From Cenarchaeum sp. (lineage in GTDB: Archaea; Thermoproteota; Nitrososphaeria; Nitrososphaerales; Nitrosopumilaceae), in the NCBI GenBank assembly GCA_963692915.1, contig OY843584.1, forward strand, positions 768,001 through 832,000: 64,000 bases of DNA. The letters run 5' to 3'. A program made the translations under genes and the position numbers. The notes below the pieces were generated by a model. The model was not told the DNA's origin, made no database searches, and saw only the letters and a list, made by a program, of their open reading frames with translations. Numbering within the stretch: the first letter of the stretch is position 1; every line of letters starts with the position of its first letter. Shown here one piece after another: positions 58,194-64,000 of this stretch.

Positions 58194-58998
58194 TCTCCTT
58201 TAGCTTTGTCGCAGTGACCTGCGCGGCCTTGCGTCCCGAAAAGAGCATCGAGCCAAACGTCGGACCCATGCGCGCCAATCCAAACGTCTCGGTGACGGAC
58301 ATTCCGGCTACGACGAGTCCGGGGTATATCTCGCCGGTCTTTTCGACGACGGCGTCCTCCTCGTTGACATGCATTGGCTGCATGCCCTTCCACTCGACGA
58401 GTCCGCGATCCTCTAGCCTCTTTACGGCAACAGAGTCATGTCCGGACGAGTCGATGACCATCTTTGCCTCCAGCGCGACAGGGTCGACGCACGTGATGTT
58501 GCGCGGCAGTGCCGAGACTGGCATCCAGTTGACAACTAGGCCACAGACGCGGCCGTGCTTTAGGACAAGATCGTCGAACTTTGTGAGCTGTAGAAACTTT
58601 ACCCCCGCGTCACACGCGTTGGCGATGAGCTTTGAGACCGCATGCGGGCCCGGTGTCAGGTAGAGTCCCTCGCTGACCTGCTTGTAGGGTATTCCAAGCT
58701 CCTCCCACATCTTTTGGGCAGGCGCGCGAACCGTCACGGGGTTCATCATGTATCCGCCAAGCCAGTACCCGCCCCCGAGATAGTTGTTCTGCTCTACGAC
58801 GAGAACCTTGTGGCCCATTGCGGCAAGCTCGCCGCTAGCCGTCAGGCCCGCAGGGCCGGCACCGATAACGATAACATCAGACTCTGCGCACTCCATGAGC
58901 ACGGTGTGGAACTCTGTTGCGATTGCACGCGTGATCTCGGCCTCGTTCACGCTTGCAAACATGGTCGGCGTGTCGCTGACTCCCACTGATCTCTGCAC
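58183..58998 (-). CDS. thi4: Thiazole synthase Thi4
   Basis: GAGPAGL, GGGYWLGG, CVDP, SGHD and RMGPTFGSM. GTG 58998 lies about 25 nt after TATTAAA. Confidence 0.93.
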   Translation of the reverse strand: MQRSVGVSDTPTMFASVNEAEITRAIATEFHTVLMECAESDVIVIGAGPAGLTASGELAAMGHKVLVVEQNNYLGGGYWLGGYMMNPVTVRAPAQKMWEELGIPYKQVSEGLYLTPGPHAVSKLIANACDAGVKFLQLTKFDDLVLKHGRVCGLVVNWMPVSALPRNITCVDPVALEAKMVIDSSGHDSVAVKRLEDRGLVEWKGMQPMHVNEEDAVVEKTGEIYPGLVVAGMSVTETFGLARMGPTFGSMLFSGRKAAQVTATKLKEIGR

Positions 58999-59191
58999 GA
59001 GCCAAAGTGCCGCTCGCGTGCCTTTAATACCTTCGCGGAAGGAGCCGGTCGCATTCAGGCTAAAACCGGCCTGCTGCTGCATTCCTGCGATCCGGCGCTG
59101 TGCAGCAGACCGCCGGGACGCGCGATTGTGCCAGCGTCGGGAGACCATGCCATACAAGCTTTAAAGTGATCCCTGTTGCGCGCGCGCGGCG

Positions 59192-60475
59192 GTGGCGCGT
59201 GTGGTCGACAGCGGCGTTCGCATGGTCTATGTGCTCCTTGACGGCGTGGGAGACCTTCCAAACCCCGATCTTGGCGGCAAGACGCCCCTAGAGGCCGCGC
59301 ATACGCCATCGATGGACTCGATGGCCCGCAACGGCTCACTAGGCGACGCGATCACGGTGGGTCGCGGGATCGCCCCCGAGTCTGACATTGCAGTTTTCAA
59401 CATGCTAGGCTACACGTTTGGCTCCGAGTATCCCGGCCGCGGCGTCATCGAGTCGATAGGCTCTGGAGTCGACTTTGCTGACGGGGATCTTGCGCTGCGC
59501 GGAAACTTTGCGACGCTAGGCGAGGGCGGGATCATCACGGATCGCCGCGCGGGACGCACAATCAACAGGGAGGACGCCATGGCCGTCGCGCGCGAGATCG
59601 AGGAGGGCGTGCGCTTTTCGCATCCCGGCGCGAGCGTTGTCATCAGGCCCACGGTAGGCCACAGGGTGAGCGTGCGCATACGCGTCAAGGGCGAGGGTCT
59701 CCTGCCCGAGATCACCAACACCGACCCCGCCTACGAGCGCGTCGGCGGCATGGGAGTCGCGCGCGATGCTGCCGCCGAGATGAGGATTGCCGCAGCATCG
59801 GCCATCTCATCAGAGCCCGGTGCTGCCCTTGCCGCACGCCTTGTCAACGACCTTGACTGCGAGTCGCGCCGCATAATGGCGGCGAGTCGCACGAATGCAG
59901 GGCGCAGGGAGCGCGGCGAGAAGGAGCTCGGGTGCATACTCTTGCGCGATGCGGGCTGTAACCGGCCGCGCGTGCGCCCCATAGGCGATGTCCACTCGCT
60001 CTCGTTCTCGTGCATCGTCGACATGCCAGTGGAGATCGGCATTGCGCAGGTTCTCGGCATGAAGGCGTATGAGGCCGGCGACGGGACAGACTATGCAAAA
60101 AAGGCCAAAGTAGCAGCTGAGGCGATGGAGCGCCACAACGTGATGTATGTCCACCTAAAGGGACCTGACGAGTTTGGCCATGACGGTGATGCGGCCGGAA
60201 AGGTTCGCAGCATTGAGGATATTGACTCTGGGTTTTTTGCGCCGCTCCTCGAGCGCATCGGTGACAATGTTGCAGTAGCCGTGTCCGCTGACCACTCGAC
60301 GCCATGCACGCTGCGCGGCCACAGCGATGATCCTGTTCCCGTCCTAGTCTCGGGCAGCATGGTCAGTCGCGACTCGTCATCTAGGGTGACAGAGGCCGAG
60401 GCGCGCAACGGCGCCATTGGCCACATTGCCGGCTCCAAGGTCCTCAAGACCGCGCTGTCGATGGCCGGATCATGA
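59192..60475 (+). CDS. apgM: 2,3-BPG-independent phosphoglycerate mutase (archaeal)
   Basis: LDGVGD, TPLEAA, PESD, GPDEFGHDG, ADHSTP and HSDDPVP. Confidence 0.92.
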   Translation: MARVVDSGVRMVYVLLDGVGDLPNPDLGGKTPLEAAHTPSMDSMARNGSLGDAITVGRGIAPESDIAVFNMLGYTFGSEYPGRGVIESIGSGVDFADGDLALRGNFATLGEGGIITDRRAGRTINREDAMAVAREIEEGVRFSHPGASVVIRPTVGHRVSVRIRVKGEGLLPEITNTDPAYERVGGMGVARDAAAEMRIAAASAISSEPGAALAARLVNDLDCESRRIMAASRTNAGRRERGEKELGCILLRDAGCNRPRVRPIGDVHSLSFSCIVDMPVEIGIAQVLGMKAYEAGDGTDYAKKAKVAAEAMERHNVMYVHLKGPDEFGHDGDAAGKVRSIEDIDSGFFAPLLERIGDNVAVAVSADHSTPCTLRGHSDDPVPVLVSGSMVSRDSSSRVTEAEARNGAIGHIAGSKVLKTALSMAGS

Positions 60476-61031
60476 ATGGTTCAACGCTGCGCGAGGACAC
60501 CATGGACGAGACTGCATCGCGCACTGCGGCAATATTGATCCCGCCATACTCGGATGGCGCACCGTGCAGCTTTTTTGCCGCGCGTGCCAGTATCGACAGC
60601 GATATGCTATCCTCGTCCTTTTGGTGATGGACTAGCGCAGCAGCAGCAAGTATGATTCCCTGGATGGTGTCGCGCTCGACGCTCTGCTGCGCGCATGATG
60701 CCCAAAGACCTTCGAGTGCCTCGTGTGACTCCCAAAAGCGCTCGCCGTTAAAGTGATCCACGCCCTCGCGAATGGCCGCAGTCGCACCCGCATAGCCCTC
60801 GACGAGGTGGCGCGCGCGCACTAGGGCGCCGATGGGCTCGAGGAGGCCGACCAGCTCGTCGATGTGCGGCTGATCGACGCTAATGTCGAGCTCCACGTGC
60901 GGCGTGGCAACCCTCACGTCGCGAACCGTGCGCTTAAGGCCAGAGGTCAGCTCGCGTGCACGGGCCAGTATGTCGTGCGCCTCGCGTGGGGAGTGCCCGC
61001 GGTTCTCGAGATGAACCATGAACCTGTCCAT
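60444..61031 (-). CDS. DUF309 domain protein
   Basis: FNGERFWESHEALEGLW...QGIILAAAALVH. Confidence 0.82.
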   Translation of the reverse strand: MDRFMVHLENRGHSPREAHDILARARELTSGLKRTVRDVRVATPHVELDISVDQPHIDELVGLLEPIGALVRARHLVEGYAGATAAIREGVDHFNGERFWESHEALEGLWASCAQQSVERDTIQGIILAAAALVHHQKDEDSISLSILARAAKKLHGAPSEYGGINIAAVRDAVSSMVSSRSVEPFMIRPSTARS

Positions 61032-61094
61032 GGAGGGCTCGGTGCCGTCATGGCCAATTAAGGTTTATATCCACGCATGAGCCGGTGCGCCGTG

Positions 61095-61634
61095 TTGCCA
61101 TCCATAAAGACGCTAAGCGACGTCAAGAACGAGTTTCTTGCTAGGCGCGAGCTCGTGTGCGACTTTGAGGACGCCTCTGGCAGGATAAAGAGGGCAGAGG
61201 CGATCGAGGCAGTCTCCAAGGAGCACGGCCTAGACGGCAAGCTCGTCATACCGGTCAGGCTGCAAAACCACGTGGGCCGGACACACACGACAGGGACGTT
61301 CTTTGTGTACGATGACGAGACTGTCGCAAAGGCCCACATCGACCACTCCATCATGGAGCGGATTGAAAAGTCAAAGGCCGCCGGCAAGGGAGCAGCAGAC
61401 GATCAGGGCGACGGCAAGGCCGACGCGTCAGGCGGTGAAGAAAAGCCCGAGGCAGCAGAGAGCGCCGGCAAGGGAGCTGCAGACGATCAGGGCGACGCCA
61501 AGGCCGACGCGTCAGGCGGTGAAGAAAAGCCCGAGGCAGCAGAGAGCTCCGGCAAGGGAGCTGCAGACGATCAGGGCGACGCCAAGGCCGACGCGTCAGG
61601 CGGTGAAGAAAAGCCCAAAGGGGACGGCGAGTGA
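61095..61634 (+). CDS. rps24e: 30S ribosomal protein S24e with acidic repeat tail
   Basis: N-terminal [13 protein letters not shown]24e pattern, TGATG-coupled to rps27ae. Confidence 0.85.
   Translation: MPSIKTLSDVKNEFLARRELVCDFEDASGRIKRAEAIEAVSKEHGLDGKLVIPVRLQNHVGRTHTTGTFFVYDDETVAKAHIDHSIMERIEKSKAAGKGAADDQGDGKADASGGEEKPEAAESAGKGAADDQGDAKADASGGEEKPEAAESSGKGAADDQGDAKADASGGEEKPKGDGE
61380..61616 (+). repeat. 84-bp coding tandem repeat x2.8
   Basis: Units start at 61380, 61464 and 61548 and encode [11 protein letters not shown](G/A)[16 protein letters not shown]. Confidence 0.93.
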
Positions 61635-61807
61635 TGGCAGGCAGAAAGGGATCAAGCCCCAAGATTCACACATACTACAAGATAGAGTCAGACAAGGCGA
61701 CGAGGCTCAAAAAGGTCTGCTCGCGCTGCGGCAAGGGCGTCTTTATGTCCGAGCACAAGGGTCGCCACACGTGCGGCAAGTGCGGCCTGACCGAGTTTGG
61801 TCAATAG
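61634..61807 (+). CDS. rps27ae: 30S ribosomal protein S27ae
   Basis: Manual translation [57 protein letters not shown]. Confidence 0.93.
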   Translation: MAGRKGSSPKIHTYYKIESDKATRLKKVCSRCGKGVFMSEHKGRHTCGKCGLTEFGQ

Positions 61808-62505
61808 CGGCGCCGCGAACGTATGCTCGTGCTGCGCTCCACAATCTCATCCATCTTTGCCAAAAGTGCGGGATCAAAGCGTATCTTTGATATCGACTCG
61901 GCTGACAGGCGCAGCGTGTTGGAGTCAAGCTCGACGCCGGTTCGCGGCAGGCCGCGCTTGATCCACAGGCGCGTCACCTTTTCTTCTAGGCGCATGTCAT
62001 GGAACCCCTCTGGAAAGCGCTTTGTGATGTGCGCGAGTATGTTGCGGTCACGAAAGACGGCGCGCGGCTCAAAGAGGCGCATAGAGTCAGAGTATGCCCC
62101 CTCAAAGAGGTTGCCAGAGACTTCATCGGACACGATGTCCATGGTCGATATGCGCCGCACGAGCTCGAGATAGTGGAGGAATTCGTGCGCTAGTATGGCG
62201 TGGATTGTGCCCTTTAGGCCATAGGCGACGAGGGGCGCGCAGACCTGGATGACGACGCGCAGGCTGTTCTCGACTACCAGTGGAACCGTGCGTGCATAGA
62301 GAATGCCATAGCCGTAAGAGTCACGTGTGCCGGCGATGACGATCGACGGTTCGACATACGCGACAGGATATGCGATTCCCGTGGCCGCCTCTATGCGGTC
62401 AATCCCCGAGACGACACGATCAAAGCGCGACTCGGCGAGCTCGGCGACATCCTTTGGGACGGTTCCCCCCGAGGCGGCCTCACGAAGCCTTGCGAGCGGG
62501 TCCAA
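61801..62505 (-). CDS. Conserved hypothetical protein with HExxH motif
   Basis: ILAHEFLHY motif. TTG start. Confidence 0.75.
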   Translation of the reverse strand: MDPLARLREAASGGTVPKDVAELAESRFDRVVSGIDRIEAATGIAYPVAYVEPSIVIAGTRDSYGYGILYARTVPLVVENSLRVVIQVCAPLVAYGLKGTIHAILAHEFLHYLELVRRISTMDIVSDEVSGNLFEGAYSDSMRLFEPRAVFRDRNILAHITKRFPEGFHDMRLEEKVTRLWIKRGLPRTGVELDSNTLRLSAESISKIRFDPALLAKMDEIVERSTSIRSRRRY

Positions 62506-62675
62506 TGCGGGATCGCATGGCGTGCGCGCGTAAAAACCTTGAGCCGCATGGCGCGCGCCGGCACGCCCTCAGGAGACTTTGTGCCGTGTGTGCCAGTTGG
62601 CTCTCCGGCGGTGCAGTCGCGCATGACTGCCACGGAGACTAGAACCAATTAATTGGGAGGTGTGCGCAGCCGAGC

Positions 62676-62777
62676 CTAGCGCCTGCCGCGCTTGCCGCTC
62701 TTGGATTTTTTCAACTTGCGGCGATTCTCGCGCTGGTCTGCCCATCGCATGTGCTTGCCGGCCTTTCGCGTCGACAT
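62676..62777 (-). CDS. 33-aa highly basic microprotein
   Basis: MSTRKAGKHMRWADQRENRRKLKKSKSGKRGRR*, with AATTAA about 25 nt upstream. Confidence 0.65.
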   Translation of the reverse strand: MSTRKAGKHMRWADQRENRRKLKKSKSGKRGRR

Positions 62778-62999
62778 GGCAGGCGCTCCCCTCGCAAGAG
62801 TAGTTAATTGTTCGCATTGGGGTCGGCCATCTAGACGCGCAAGGGCATGAACGTCGAGGGCAGCCATGGCCACAGCAGGCTCACGACCCCGATAGTCCAG
62901 AGGGGCACGCATGGTCACGGCAGGAACGTGCCATCATGCGCCGTCCTGTCAGGTATGCAGCACGCCATCTAATATAGCGGCGCGGCCGGCAGGCGTCGC

Positions 63000-63932
63000 A
63001 TGGCCATGCTAGAGGTCGACTCGCTGTTCGTCGAGTATGCGACTGCCGGCGGACGCCTCAGGGCAGTAGATGGCGCGACGTTCTCACTAGAGGCCGGCGA
63101 GTCCCTCGGGATCGCCGGCGAGAGCGCGTGCGGCAAGAGCACACTTGGCATGGCGCTCATGCGCAGCCTGCCGGCCGGCACGTCAGTCACCGGAAGCGCG
63201 AGACTTGATGGCACCGACATGCTCGCAATGGAGGAGCGCGACTATGACGCAACGCACAGGTGGAAGCGCGTCTCGATGGTCTTTCAGGCCGCAATGAACT
63301 CCCTTGATCCAGTGTACACGATAGGCGACCAGCTCACCGAGGTTCTCGAGGAGCACGGACGCGCGCGTGGAGCCGATGAAGCCATTGCCTCAGCAATGCG
63401 CGATGTCGGCCTTGGGAGCAGCATCCTGCGTCAATATCCCCACGAGCTTAGTGGCGGCATGAGGCAGAGGGCAGTTATTGCCATGGCCCTACTCCTCGAG
63501 CCGCGCCTAGTCATTGCCGACGAGCCGACAACTGCACTTGACGTGCTCGTCCAGTCCCAGGTCATCGGCGTCCTGCGTCGCTTGCGGCAGCGCGGGACGT
63601 CAGTCATTACCATAACGCACGACCTAGCCCTCCTCTCCGAGATTGCCGACGTGGTTGCCATAATGTATGCCGGACAAATAGTCGAGCTCGGCCGCGCGCG
63701 AGAGATATATGACAGGCCAAAGCACCCCTACACGCAGGCACTCATAGCCGCAACGCCGACGATCCACGGAGACGCGCCGCAGCACATATCCGGCAGGCCG
63801 CCAGACATGGCTCGTCCTGGTAAGGCGTGCAGGTTTATGCCGCGCTGCGCGCATGCGATGGAAAAATGTAATGTGGATCCACACGCGTTCGGCGATCCTG
63901 CAAAATACACTAGATGCTGGCTCTACGAGTAG
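63000..63932 (+). CDS. Oligo/dipeptide ABC transporter ATP-binding subunit (OppD/DppD-like)
   Basis: GESACGKST, YPHELSGGMRQR, DEPTTALD, HPYT and C-terminal CRF..RC. Confidence 0.92.
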   Translation: MAMLEVDSLFVEYATAGGRLRAVDGATFSLEAGESLGIAGESACGKSTLGMALMRSLPAGTSVTGSARLDGTDMLAMEERDYDATHRWKRVSMVFQAAMNSLDPVYTIGDQLTEVLEEHGRARGADEAIASAMRDVGLGSSILRQYPHELSGGMRQRAVIAMALLLEPRLVIADEPTTALDVLVQSQVIGVLRRLRQRGTSVITITHDLALLSEIADVVAIMYAGQIVELGRAREIYDRPKHPYTQALIAATPTIHGDAPQHISGRPPDMARPGKACRFMPRCAHAMEKCNVDPHAFGDPAKYTRCWLYE

Positions 63933-64000
63933 CGTCGCACGACGGGAAGGCACGCATCAACGATCCGGAGAACCTCGCTTCGCACGACTTTTTTGTCGAT
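63923..64000 (-). CDS. 3' end of a convergent gene (partial)
   Basis: Open frame IDKKVVRSEVLRIVDACLPVVRRYS* to the window edge. Confidence 0.35.
   Translation of the reverse strand: MDKKVVRSEVLRIVDACLPVVRRYS

Noticed and set aside
58999-59157. Long N-terminal extensions in the ORF track (thi4, ilvC, MSR, MBL nuclease, mutase subunit)
   Set aside because: The extensions run across TATA boxes and neighbouring genes. Downstream starts fit the family N-termini better.
59030-59160. TPP riboswitch upstream of thi4 (GCCAGCGTCGGGAG resembles the TPP 3' end)
   Set aside because: It is on the wrong strand, lies upstream of the probable thi4 TATA box, and lacks the CUGAGA core.

Overview
High-GC chromosomal segment of an ammonia-oxidising archaeon (Nitrososphaerota/Thaumarchaeota, Nitrosopumilaceae-like; the assignment is inferred from gene content and recalled homologs, not from a search). 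It is mostly core genome: carA (partial), cdvC with a divergent CdvB/ESCRT-III paralog, citrate synthase, malonic semialdehyde reductase next to an F420-type LLM oxidoreductase, uvrBAC, purN, a DEAD-box helicase, pdaD, pepF, hemB-hemA-sirC and ahbAB, trpEGDCBA (no trpF), a GT2 glycosyltransferase, a ferredoxin fusion, Hef helicase, dCMP deaminase, the B12 subunit of methylmalonyl-CoA mutase, ilvC, serB, cofE, tusA-cysK-trxB, thi4, apgM, rps24e-rps27ae and oppD. It also has tRNA-Ser(GGA) with an intron and tRNA-Thr(TGT). The clearest accessory element is a roughly 2.8-kb lower-GC insert between sirC and ahbAB. It holds a tandemly duplicated cassette (promoter, SocA/YwgA-like gene, membrane-protein gene) that has decayed reciprocally, followed by a perfect 16-bp tandem array. 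Other candidates are several unannotated microproteins (three Zn-finger-like, one GG-motif peptide before a 3-TM gene, Arg/Lys-rich peptides), two paralogous micro-genes bracketing citrate synthase, a bistable hairpin in the DEAD-box helicase leader, a candidate sRNA, and an anomalous carA start. No CRISPR array, rRNA or transposase was seen.
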